Assembly: GCA_963727825.1 (NCBI GenBank)
Contig: CAVSHO010000012.1
Coordinates: forward strand, 1-64,000
Direction: 5' to 3'
DNA from: Ignavibacteriota bacterium
GTDB lineage: Bacteria > Bacteroidota > Ignavibacteria > UBA10030
DNA: 64,000 bases
Shown: positions 12,025 through 23,303 of the stretch, piece by piece
Position numbering within the stretch: position 1 is the stretch's first letter
Layout: every line of letters begins with the position of its first letter
The notes under the pieces: generated by a model
The model's input: the letters and a program-made list of their open reading frames with translations, nothing else
Database searches by the model: none
Told to the model about the DNA's origin: nothing
Translations under genes and position numbers: made by a program

Positions 12025-12441
12025 CTAAGTTGGGAGGGAGTTATACTCCCGACTGTATTGCAATTTTTAGTTCGGGAGAACATCTCCCTCACAACTTTGG
12101 CACAAAAGTAATACTCATCCAAGTGAATAGCAAGGTGCGGACTACACTTCTCGTTGCACAGAAGTTATAATCTAAGTTGGGAGGGAGTTATACTCCCGAC
12201 TGTATTGTAATTTTTAGTTCGGGAGAACATCTCCCTCACAACTTTGGGTGGCTCGTGTAATTGTGTCGGTCTTCTGCCCGTTGAACCTTGATTTTGTGAT
12301 CATGCTCCTACTTCCAATCCCTTCCCTGGTATACAGAGTTGATGCACATCCGGTACAAAAGTAATGCCTAAGTTGGGAGGGAGTTATACTCCCGACTGTA
12401 TTGTAATTTTTAGTTCGGGAGAACATCTCCCTCACAACTTT
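12025..12441. repeat. REPIN-like 74-bp hairpin array A (copies 12025-12098, 12172-12245, 12368-12441)
   Basis: CTAAGTTGGGAGGGAGTTATACTCCCGACTGTATTGyAATTTTTAGTTCGGGAGAACATCTCCCTCACAACTTT. The arms are imperfect inverted repeats. Confidence 0.92.
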
Positions 12442-12495
12442 GGTACAAAAGTAATACTCATCCAAGTGAATAGCAAGGTGCGGACTACACACAGC

Positions 12496-12530
12496 AAAGC
12501 CCGATTTCGTGACCAGAATATCGGGCTTTT
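12496..12530. terminator. Terminator-like hairpin (duplicate of the one after sod)
   Basis: AAAGCCCGAT...ATCGGGCTTTT, with a near copy at 17809-17844. Confidence 0.6.
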
Positions 12531-12673
12531 ATCGTTACTGATTATGTACATGCAAATCAGGTCTTGTTTATATACAGAGTTACCTTCAAAAGGGCCGAAA
12601 GCCTGATTTCCCTTTTTCTTTCAAGATTGCTTCCTCTTTCATTACACTGTTCTATTTCAAGTTTCTTCTGTAA

Positions 12674-12796
12674 CTGTCAGGACGCCCGCCCAACCCGCCA
12701 CAAAGCATGGCGGGTAAACAAGACGGCAGGTAAGTAAATCCTGACAGCACACGGAATTTATTCCTTTCACCGTCAGGACGTAAGTCCTGACGGCAC
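12674..12796. repeat. GTGCyGTCAGGAC-family REP pair with nested hairpin insertions
   Basis: CCGTCAGGACGTAAGTCCTGACGGCAC at 12770-12796. A second copy is split by GCCCGCC...CCCGCCAcaaagcaTGGCGGG+TAAA...GGCAGG. Confidence 0.7.
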
Positions 12797-12802
12797 AACC
12801 TT

Positions 12803-15800
12803 CTACTTCTTATCCAGCACTTCCCTTACCATTTTCAGAACTTGTGTGAAATCGTACGGTTTGTACAGAAAATGTTGTACACTTACTTTCAGCAATTCCG
12901 ATTTCATATTTGGGTCAATATACCCTGATGCCAAAATAATACGCTGATTCGGATTGATTTTTTTGATCTTGTTGCACACTTCCAATCCGGATATATTAGG
13001 CAATCCGAGATCGGTAAGTACAAGAGCGATATCGTTTTTTCTTTCTTGATAGATTTTCAGCGCCGTAAATCCATCTCCGACAGAAAGAACTTTGTACCCC
13101 TTATCAATGAGCACCGTCTGAAGAGGCATCATTAGCATCTCTTCATCCTCTATAACCAACAATGTCTCTGTTCCGCCCGGGATTTCTTCCATTGTTACTT
13201 CTTTTTTCACACTGACTGGCAATACGACTTGGGACGTAGGCAGATACAAGCGGAAGGTTGTTCCCCCTGCCTTGCCGGCAGGCAGGTTGCCGAGCTCACT
13301 GTCTACATCAATAAAACCTTTGTGAGATTGTATCACTCCGAACACTACTGACAATCCCAAACCCGTTCCTTTTCCTATTCCCTTTGTTGTGAAAAATGGC
13401 TCGAAGATACGCTTACGTGTCTCTTCGGTCATTCCTTCGCCTGTGTCACTAACTTCGATGCAAACATAACTGCTTGCATCAGCGGTGGGATGCTGAGAAC
13501 GCAGACTTACAACAGATACCATCCGCGTATTGATGGTGAGAACACCGCCCTTCGGCATTGCATCTCTTGCATTGATACAAAGATTCATCAATACTTGATG
13601 CAACTGCGAACGATCTGCATTGATGTATGAAATCGATTTATCGAAATTCTGTGAACAGGTTATAAACTTGGGGAATGTCTCCATAACCATAGTAACAGTT
13701 TCCATGACAATATCATTTACATTCAATGCACCGAATGCAGTTTCCGATTTTCTTGCAAACAATAATATTTGCTGGACAAGTGTTTTGCCACGATCCACAG
13801 CTTTCGTGATGGTTTTCGTAGCAAGATCCAATTTCTTTGGATCGTCCTTAAACCTCTTGATGCTTGTGTTGTATCCCAATATAATTCCAAGAATATTGTT
13901 AAAATCATGCGCTATCCCTCCGGCAAGCGTTCCTAATCCTTCCAGCTTTTGCATTTGTCGCAGTCCCTCTTCCATTTGCTTCTGCTCGGTGATGTCTTCC
14001 ACCGTTCCATCGTAATACAAAGTTTTGCCTTGAGAATCGCGAATCGCTCGAGCGCTTTCTAGCACAAAGATTGCCGTGCCATCCTGACAAATCCATTTTG
14101 ATTCATGACCAATTACCTCACCGTCTCTTTCGATCTTTTCAAGAAACTCTTTGCGTTGATAGGATGATTCAAAACCATCTTTTTTAAGATTTCTTTCAGC
14201 AAGTTTTTCAAAAGATGAATAGCCGAGCATTTTTACTAATGCCAGATTTGCCAATAATATGTTACCCTCGGGGGCCGTTCTATAAAGACCGATTGTGGCA
14301 TTCTCATAAAGTGAACGAAAACGTAACTCACTTTCTCGTAACTCTTGCTCTACCCGATTGCGTTCTGTGATATCCTGTCCAAGAGCAATAGTGGAGATTA
14401 TTGTTTTACCATCTGCAGTATATATATTTGCCGTATTCCATAATACAATGCGATTACTTCCATTCTTGCAACGAATAGGTATTTCGAAAGATATAAGGTT
14501 TTCTCCATCCGATGTTCTTGAAATAAGAGTTGATATTTCTTTTTGCTTTTCATCAGGAAAAAGCATTTCCGGATGTTTGCCAATGACATCGTACATTGTA
14601 TAACCAGTCAACCGTTCAAATGCCAGATTGAACCTCGTGATCCTAATGGTATTATCCCAAACCATAATAGGTGCATTCGTAAAACTAAACAGATTTTCAA
14701 GATAGTCACGAGTTTCACGTAATTCTTCCTCCGCCCGTTTGCGCTCGGTGATGTCGCGCATACTGCCTACAATCTTCAACGGTGTGCTGTTGGCATCGAA
14801 TTGTATCTTTGCAGAAATGGAACTCGGCACTTGTGAACCATCGCGGTTCTTTAGCATAACCTCATAATCTGAAACACTGCCTTGTCCTTGTAATAATGCG
14901 AGGAAAGCTTCTCGCCCGCCGGCAATAGAATAGAAATCGTACATCGACTTCCCTATGAGATCATCGCTATGATATTGTTCTTTCGAAATGATCTCGATGG
15001 AAGGGCTTACTTCGAGTATCGTTCCATCCAAAGCAGCCTCATAATACACATCCTGCACGTTCTCAAAAATGCCACGATATCTTTCTTCACTCTTGGACAG
15101 TGCTTCCTCTGCCCGCTTACGCTTGGTGATGTCCATTATATATCCAATAACTTTCACAACATTGCCGTTTTCCAGTATAGGTATTCCGATAGTCTGCACC
15201 CACAATTTTTCACCACGCGCATTAATAAACCTCGCTTCCAAGTCATAAGGTTCGCCATTAGTTATTGCTTTATTGAATGCATCAGAAACTAAAGACCTGT
15301 CATTCGGGTAATAAAAATTAGCTCCTTCTTCTGTCGAAGACAATTTGTCTTTCGCTATACCATAGATATTGAAAATCTCATCTGAAAAATTTGCTTTGTG
15401 CGCTTGAACATCATATTCCCAACCACCGACTTTCGCAATTTTTTGAGTTTCATTTAATAATTTTTCACTTTTTTTCAGTGTTTCTTCTGCCCGCTTGCGC
15501 TCGGTGATGTCAGTGGCAATACCCACGAGCGCGATATTTTGTCCTTGCTCATCTCGAACAAAGGATGTCGAAAGCGAAATCGGGAAGTCGCGGCCATCCT
15601 TCGTCCGATTCATCAGTTCGCCACTCCATCCTCCAGTTAATGTCGCAGCGAGAATATCACGAGTAGTTTCGGGAGGATTGTTTAGTGACCGCACTACATT
15701 GATGTTCTTTCCCAGAATTTCGTGCTCACTATAACCATACGTTTTCAAAAATGCGTTGTTGACAAAGAGGACAATATTATTCAAGTCCGTGATACTCACG

Positions 15801-16637
15801 CACTCTGCGATGCTTTTCAGTGTATGAGCAAGGAGGACGACCTGTTTCTCAACCTGCTTGCGCTCGGTGATGTCGTGAACAATTGAATGCAGCACATTCT
15901 TGTTTCCGATTGAAATATTGCTGCTGAATACTTCAACGTCCCGTATCGAACCATCTTTCCGCCTGTGTTTGAATTCGAATTGAACTCTTTTTTGAGACTT
16001 TACTTTCTGCATTTCCTTATTAACTTCTTCGGGTGGGAGAACATTGATCTGATAGATTTTCATCCTTTTCAATTCTTCACAGTTCCAACCATAATAGACT
16101 GCCGCGGAATTATTGGCATCAATAATCTCTCCAGATTCCGGATCGATCAGTAATTTCACTGCGGCATGATCTTCGAATATTTTACGGAACTTTTCTTCGC
16201 TTTCGTGCAGTGCTTCTTCAGACTGCTGTCGTGATTTCTTTTCCTTTGATTCATCAAGCGCGCGTTTAATTGCTAAAGGAAGCCTAATTAATCGATCCTT
16301 TAAGACATAATCGATAGCTCCCTGCTTGATAAGTTCGATGGCAGTTTCTTCGCCGATTGATCCGGAAACGCATATAAAGGGAACCTCCGGGCAGATATTC
16401 TTTGCTAATTTCAATGCTCCGTGCGCATCAAATCCGGGTAATTTGAAATCACTTAAAATGAGATCATATGTATGATTGTGAAGTAAAGATGTAAATTCCT
16501 TTTTCTTCTCAGGTACAATCCATACTGAGATCGTATCCTGCATCTAAAAGTAGTTCACGTATGATCTCGATGTCTCGAGGCGAGTCTTCAAGATATAAGA
16601 CTTTCAAAGCTATCTTATCTATGGTCTTCTTTTTCAT
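12803..16637 (-). CDS. Hybrid sensor histidine kinase (REC, six PAS, HisKA, HATPase, REC), frameshift near 16512
   Basis: The upstream frame [22 protein letters not shown]...SMDC joins ORF 12803..16543. AHDFNN and GTGLGL motifs are present. Confidence 0.9.
13266..13286 (-). mobile_element. 21-bp in-frame palindromic micro-insertion CCTG+CCTGCCGGCAAGGCAGG
   Basis: The paralog reads GGCAA|GGGAACAAC (GKGTT). Here the protein reads [12 protein letters not shown]. Confidence 0.85.
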
Positions 16638-16928
16638 TTGATTAGATCCTCTCTGGCGGTAATTCATTAATGACCGCCAAAAACACTCCGACTTGTTTTT
16701 TTCACTTCAATAAAATCTTGAAATAACATGCGATACAAGGCATACTATTGATATGAAAGTTAGCGAGTATTCTTTGCCGATGCGGGGAACAGTTGGATAA
16801 CAATCTAATTATGTTTTTATACGTGTCCATATCCCTTACCTCCAATCCCTATAATTGGCGTATGAGTTATAACACTGCTGGTGTTAAACTAACAAACCAC
16901 TGAGTGAAAAGCAAGATGCGGCTGCGCA

Positions 16929-17755
16929 CTAAGTTGGGAGGGAGTTATACTCCCGACTGTATTGCAATTTTTAGTTCGGGCTCCTTTTACATTTTATTGA
17001 TGCGGGAAATAACCCTAAGTTGGGAGGGAGTTTTACTCCCGACCCAATTCAGAACATTCAACAGTAATAACCGAGTGATCATCTTAAAGATAATTCCTCG
17101 CACTTGTTCCGTTGTACAGGATTTTCGTGCAAGTAATCTAACTTCTGTTAAAAGAAATCTTTTGCATCATTTGCGATGGAATGGTAACAAACACGCTCCG
17201 CCATTCAACAATAGTGGTCGTAATAAAATAGAGATTAACGCCGGGGGTAATTTTCCAGTGTCTCATATTTTATTATTGCAATTTTTAGTTCGGGAGAACA
17301 TCTCCCTCACAACTTTGGGTGGCTCGTGTAATTGTGTCGGTCTTCTGCCCGTGGAACCTTGATTTTGTGATCATGCTCCTACCTCCAACCCTTTCCCTGG
17401 TTTACAGAGATGATGCACATCCGGTACAAAAGTAATGCCTAAGTTGGGAGGGAGTTATACTCCCGACTGTATTGCAATTTTTAGTTCGGGAGAACATCTC
17501 CCTCACAACTTTGAAATTCTTCGGAATGATTTGGTGCGAAATGGTGTCGGATATATGTATGCTGAAACTTGCTTTTGTGTCCATACTCTTACCTCCAATC
17601 CCTATAATTGGTGTATGAGTTATAACACTGCTGGTGTTAAACTAACAAACCACTAAGCGAAAAGCAAGATGCGGCTGCGCACTAAGTTGGGAGGGAGTTA
17701 TACTCCCGACTGTATTGCAATTTTTAGTTCGGGAGAACATCTCCCTCACAACTTT
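16929..17755. repeat. REPIN-like hairpin array B (16929-16980 truncated, 17015-17316 split by the RAYT remnant, 17439-17512, 17682-17755)
   Basis: Same 74-bp unit as array A, and the inter-repeat segments are also shared with array A. Confidence 0.92.
17044..17266 (-). pseudogene. Internally deleted REP-associated tyrosine transposase (RAYT, Y1/HUH family)
   Basis: Three fragments in different frames: MRHWKITPGVNLYFITTTIVEWRSVFVTIP, DFF*QKLDYLHENPVQR and SARNYL*DDHSVITVEC. The HUH segment is missing. Confidence 0.85.
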
Positions 17756-17808
17756 GGTACAAAAGTAATACTCATCCAAGTGAATAGCAAGGTGTGAGCT
17801 GCACACAG

Positions 17809-17844
17809 CAAAGCCCGATTCCGTAGTTACAGAACCGGGCTTTT
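17809..17844 (-). terminator. Probable terminator of the suf-sod operon
   Basis: AAAGCCCG...CGGGCTTTT hairpin about 35 bp past the sod stop. Confidence 0.6.
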
Positions 17845-17878
17845 ATTGTTACTGATGACTCGTAACTTTTAACTGCTT

Positions 17879-18517
17879 TTACTTCCCAAGAACTAACTTC
17901 TTATAACGCTCGTTTATCCTTCCCCAATGCAGATTTGCGATGAAGTTATCTATAAATTTTGCTCGCGCGGGACCATCTTTGTGATAATATGCATGCTCGA
18001 AGACATCCAAAGGAATTAACGGCACTGCGCCCCAAATTGCGCCGTATTGATGTTCATCGACGAGTGCATTTAATAAACGACCGGAGTAAAGACGATCGTA
18101 CAGAAGCAATCCCCAACCGCCAAGCTTTGCCGATATTGCGGTCGCTTTAAAATCTGCTTTCCACGCGTCGAATGAACCAAAATCCTTTTCGATAGCCGCT
18201 TTGATTTCCAGACCCTTCGATGGATCGCCATCACCACCAAGAACATCCCAATAAATTTCATGCAGAAGTGCACCGGAATGATTCCAACTGAAACGCCGTT
18301 TCAATTCTCCGATAACGCTGTAGTTGCCGTTTGCGGCAGAACGATCGGCCGTTTCTAGAGCTTTTTCAATATTGTTCAGTGCAGTTACGTATCCCTTTTG
18401 ATGTGTATTATAATGCCAATCGGTTGTCTCCGGACTCATAACATTGGCGAGTAAATTTTTCGCTTCTTCATCTGAGTACGGGCGCTTGTTGAACTTCCAT
18501 TCGTATGCCATAGCCAT
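17879..18517 (-). CDS. Fe/Mn superoxide dismutase
   Basis: HYNTHQKGYV, LHEIYW, DFGSFDAWK, GWG and DVFEHAYY motifs. Confidence 0.9.
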   Translation of the reverse strand: MAMAYEWKFNKRPYSDEEAKNLLANVMSPETTDWHYNTHQKGYVTALNNIEKALETADRSAANGNYSVIGELKRRFSWNHSGALLHEIYWDVLGGDGDPSKGLEIKAAIEKDFGSFDAWKADFKATAISAKLGGWGLLLYDRLYSGRLLNALVDEHQYGAIWGAVPLIPLDVFEHAYYHKDGPARAKFIDNFIANLHWGRINERYKKLVLGK

Positions 18518-18599
18518 TTCCTTTATATGAATGTTTGATCTTTAAGTTTCAATTCAAAGTTTATAACAAATGTATGGTGTGAAAGAGTTCCCGTAGTAA

Positions 18600-18992
18600 T
18601 TACATCATATTTAGCATCAACTTTGCTTCTTCCGACATCATATTCGGATTCCAGATAGGATCGAAAACCAGCTCTACCAACACATTACTCACGCCGCGAA
18701 TTTGCTGAACGCGCCGTTTCACATCCGCCGCAATCATTGGTCCCATGCCGCATCCCGGTGCTGTTAATGTCATTCTGATATAAACATTTGCATTGCCCGG
18801 AAATTCTTCTTCAATTTTTACTTCGTACACCAAACCAAGATCAACAATATTTACCGGTATCTCTGGATCGTAGCATTGTTTTAAAGCATCCCACACGTGC
18901 TCTTCCGGAACCATTTGCATTGGTTCGACAGTTATGCCGCCTGTTGCCGATTCAACTTGTATCGGCGATTCATTCTTATCTTTTGCACTCAT
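18600..18992 (-). CDS. DUF59/SufT-like Fe-S assembly protein
   Basis: DPEIPVNIVDLGLVY and MTLTAPGCGMG. Confidence 0.9.
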   Translation of the reverse strand: MSAKDKNESPIQVESATGGITVEPMQMVPEEHVWDALKQCYDPEIPVNIVDLGLVYEVKIEEEFPGNANVYIRMTLTAPGCGMGPMIAADVKRRVQQIRGVSNVLVELVFDPIWNPNMMSEEAKLMLNMM

Positions 18993-19004
18993 CGTAATAC
19001 CCGG

Positions 19005-19400
19005 CTAATGATCACCACAGCCGCAAGATTTTTCCTCGCTGGAATCATCCCCGCAGTTACAAGATTTTGACTGATTGGGATTATTAAATTTGAAACCTTT
19101 CCCATTCGGGCCATCGACATATTCCAGTGTCGTTCCGTATAAACCTTCCAGATTTTCCACATCAACATAGATTGGAATACCTTCGCTTTGAAAAACTTTA
19201 TCTGTTGCTTGGACGTTATTATCAAACGCAAGTACATACGATGGGCCACAGCACCCTCTGCCTTGTATTCCAATTCTCAATCCGTGCGTATCTGGAATTT
19301 GATTTTCCCGGCGAATGTTCCGAATCTGTTCTGCCGCTTCCGGCGTCATGGTGATCTCTTGCGCTGAGACCTCTGTTTCCTGTGTACTCATAACCATCAT
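19005..19400 (-). CDS. A-type Fe-S carrier (HesB/IscA/SufA family)
   Basis: MTPEAA, GLRIG..GCCG.SY and FKFNNPN...CNCG. Confidence 0.9.
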   Translation of the reverse strand: MMVMSTQETEVSAQEITMTPEAAEQIRNIRRENQIPDTHGLRIGIQGRGCCGPSYVLAFDNNVQATDKVFQSEGIPIYVDVENLEGLYGTTLEYVDGPNGKGFKFNNPNQSKSCNCGDDSSEEKSCGCGDH

Positions 19401-19429
19401 CCTCTTTTATTTATATTTTTGTTTAACAT

Positions 19430-19874
19430 TTATTCTGTCGATACAGTTTCCTTTTTTTCTTCCAATGCATTCTTCATTGTGTGCCAGGGGAGAATTGCAC
19501 ATTTGACCCGTGCCGGAAACTCGCTTACGCCGGCAAACGCCGCAAGTTTTCCAAGTTCTTCTGCACAATTCTCGTTTTTATTTTCACCACGCACAAGATG
19601 ATGAAATTTCTCAAATAACACTTCAGCTTCTGCGTGCGTTTTCCCTTTTAGCACTGTGCTCATTACAGATGCAGATGCTTTTGAAATCGCACAGCCGGAT
19701 CCTTGAAAAGAAATTTCCTTAATGATTCCGTTATCTAACTTAAGAAAGATTGTGTAGTGATCGCCACAAAGCGGATTGTACCCATCTACTGAGCAGCTCG
19801 CATCTTCCATTTTTTTGAAGTTGCGCGGATTCCGGTTGTGATCAAGAATAATTTCCTGATATAATGCTTTTAAA

Positions 19875-19882
<8 letters not shown>
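19430..19882 (-). CDS. sufU: SUF system NifU-like protein
   Basis: LYQEIILDH, NPLCGD, GCAISKAS and RVKCA. Confidence 0.93.
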
Positions 19883-21143
<1,261 letters not shown>

Positions 21144-21148
21144 TAGCT

Positions 21149-22474
21149 TTAAGTGTGGTTATTATTTAATCGATCGTGAATTATCCGTTCTACCTGTAAA
21201 CGCAACGATTCAATCGTTATCCGGTTAATCACATCGCTTGCAAACGCAGAAGTGAGGATGTCGCGTGCAGCATCAAGACCGATACCGCGCGAACGTAAAT
21301 AGAATATTTGTTCATCATCCAATTGTCCTATTGTAGCGCCATGCGTGCACTTCACATCGTCTGCAAATATTTCCAACTGCGGTTTCGTGTTGATCGTCGC
21401 TTCATCCGATAACAGTAGAGTTTTATTTGTCTGTTTCGCGTCGGTCTTCTGAGCATCTTTTCTGACGTATACTTTCCCGTTAAAAACACCTTTAGACCCA
21501 CCGTCTAAAATCGACTTATACAATTCATGACTGCTACAGTGCGGTTTTGCATGATCAATAACCGTATGATTATCAATTAGCTGAGTGCTTCCGCCAAGCG
21601 ACAATCCATTCAGTATACACTCAGCGCCTTCAGCATTGCAACGAACAATCAAGTTATTCCGAACTATTGAACCGCCAATAGAAATAACATTCGACACATA
21701 ATGACTTGCTGCATTCATTTGCAAATGCGTCGTTCCAATATGGTAGGCGCTAATGCCTTCTATTTGGACCTTGTCATGCTCGACAATGGAATTATCACCA
21801 AGCACTATTTCTGTAACTGTGTTCGTCAAATATGTATTTTTAGCAAGGCCAACATAAGTCTCTACAATTTTAAATTGGCTGTCTATCCCTGCAACGATAA
21901 TATTTCTAGGTTGAGCGGTAAAAACTTGCTCACGATCGGTTGCAACAAAAAGAAGTTGAATCGGATTTTCTAGAACAATTCCTCGCGGCACCAAAATAAA
22001 AGCACCATCCCACAAAAAAGCTGTATTGAGCGTGGTGAAAGCATTCTCCTCTCCCATTACCATATTATTGATGTATGATCGAATTGTTTCCGGATGTTCT
22101 CTCGACATTTCTGTTAAACTTCCGGCTGTTATACTTATTGGATCCGAATTAATATTTGACAATTCCATTGAAAACATTCCATCAATGAACACCAACTGCA
22201 ACGCATCATCCAGCGTGTACTGTTGAATGTCTTTTTTCCTCACTCCATTCAACTCGTAACTAAGAATTGGCTGAAATTCTGTCTTGGTGATCGGCATAAT
22301 GTTTGTGAAGCGCCACTCCTCCTGCCGTGTTGTCGGAAAACCGATTTCAACGAACCGGCGCATCGCATCGCGGCGAATCGCATGTACCGGCGTTGACTTT
22401 GCACCATTCAAACTTTGCTCAAACGCCTCAAATTTTGACTGATACCACTTAATATTTTGACTGATCGCCTGCAT
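21149..22474 (-). CDS. sufD: Fe-S cluster assembly protein SufD
   Basis: EEWRFT, KPQLEIFADDVKCTHGAT and FYLRSRGI. Confidence 0.96.
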   Translation of the reverse strand: MQAISQNIKWYQSKFEAFEQSLNGAKSTPVHAIRRDAMRRFVEIGFPTTRQEEWRFTNIMPITKTEFQPILSYELNGVRKKDIQQYTLDDALQLVFIDGMFSMELSNINSDPISITAGSLTEMSREHPETIRSYINNMVMGEENAFTTLNTAFLWDGAFILVPRGIVLENPIQLLFVATDREQVFTAQPRNIIVAGIDSQFKIVETYVGLAKNTYLTNTVTEIVLGDNSIVEHDKVQIEGISAYHIGTTHLQMNAASHYVSNVISIGGSIVRNNLIVRCNAEGAECILNGLSLGGSTQLIDNHTVIDHAKPHCSSHELYKSILDGGSKGVFNGKVYVRKDAQKTDAKQTNKTLLLSDEATINTKPQLEIFADDVKCTHGATIGQLDDEQIFYLRSRGIGLDAARDILTSAFASDVINRITIESLRLQVERIIHDRLNNNHT

Positions 22475-22485
22475 TTTTTTTTAGT

Positions 22486-23259
22486 TTAAATCGTTTGTCC
22501 GGCTTCTTCATGTACCCAATCGTATCCACGGGCTTCAAGTTCCAGTGCAAGTTCTTTACCCCCTGATTTGACTAACCTTCCATCCTTCATTACATGCACA
22601 AAATCTGGAATAATATAATTGAGCAGTCGCTGATAATGTGTCACAATAATTGTAGCGTTTTCCTTTGAGCGGAGTTTATTCACGCCTTCCGAAACAATTC
22701 TGAGTGCATCAATGTCAAGGCCGGAATCTGTTTCATCTAAAATCGAAAGAACCGGTTCCAGCACGGCCATGTGAAATATTTCGTTACGTTTCTTCTCGCC
22801 ACCGGAAAATCCTTCATTCACAGGGCGATTCAAAAAACTTTCGTCCATCTCTACTACTTTTACTTTTTGTTTGATAAGTGCAAGAAAATCAATTGCATCA
22901 AGTTGCTCTAATCCTTTGTGCTTACGAATTGCATTGAGTGCTTCTTTTAAAAAATAGGAGTTATTCACGCCGGGAATTTCGACAGGATATTGAAATGCAA
23001 GAAACAATCCTTCGCGTGCACGTTCTTCCGGAATCATTTCAAACAGGTTAAGTCCTTTATATAAAACTTGACCTTCAGTTACAATATATTCTTCACGTCC
23101 GGCAAGCACTCCGGCAAGCGTACTCTTTCCTGATCCGTTCGGCCCCATTATTGCATGAACTTCTCCGGTATTCACGGTTAAATTGATCCCGCGTAAGATT
23201 TCGTTTCCATTCACACTAGCATGCAGATTTGTAATTTCAAGCAGACTCATTTTTTTCAT
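22486..23259 (-). CDS. sufC: Fe-S cluster assembly ATPase SufC
   Basis: [27 protein letters not shown] and DETDSGLD. Confidence 0.97.
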   Translation of the reverse strand: MKKMSLLEITNLHASVNGNEILRGINLTVNTGEVHAIMGPNGSGKSTLAGVLAGREEYIVTEGQVLYKGLNLFEMIPEERAREGLFLAFQYPVEIPGVNNSYFLKEALNAIRKHKGLEQLDAIDFLALIKQKVKVVEMDESFLNRPVNEGFSGGEKKRNEIFHMAVLEPVLSILDETDSGLDIDALRIVSEGVNKLRSKENATIIVTHYQRLLNYIIPDFVHVMKDGRLVKSGGKELALELEARGYDWVHEEAGQTI

Positions 23260-23303
23260 CTTTCATTGATCACTCTTCACCGACTACTATTCATTATTTA
23301 CTG

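Noticed and set aside
12214-17656. Small ORFs in the REPIN arrays as type I toxins or real proteins (12214..12492, 12364..12606, 16904..17362, 17402..17584, 17435..17656)
   Set aside because: They are mostly translations of the repeat itself, are not hydrophobic, and are not conserved beyond a few N-terminal codons.
12025-17755. CRISPR array interpretation of the 74-bp repeat and spacer clusters
   Set aside because: The repeats are too long, the spacers are irregular (73-170 bp) and duplicated, there are no cas genes, and the repeat arms flank a RAYT remnant.
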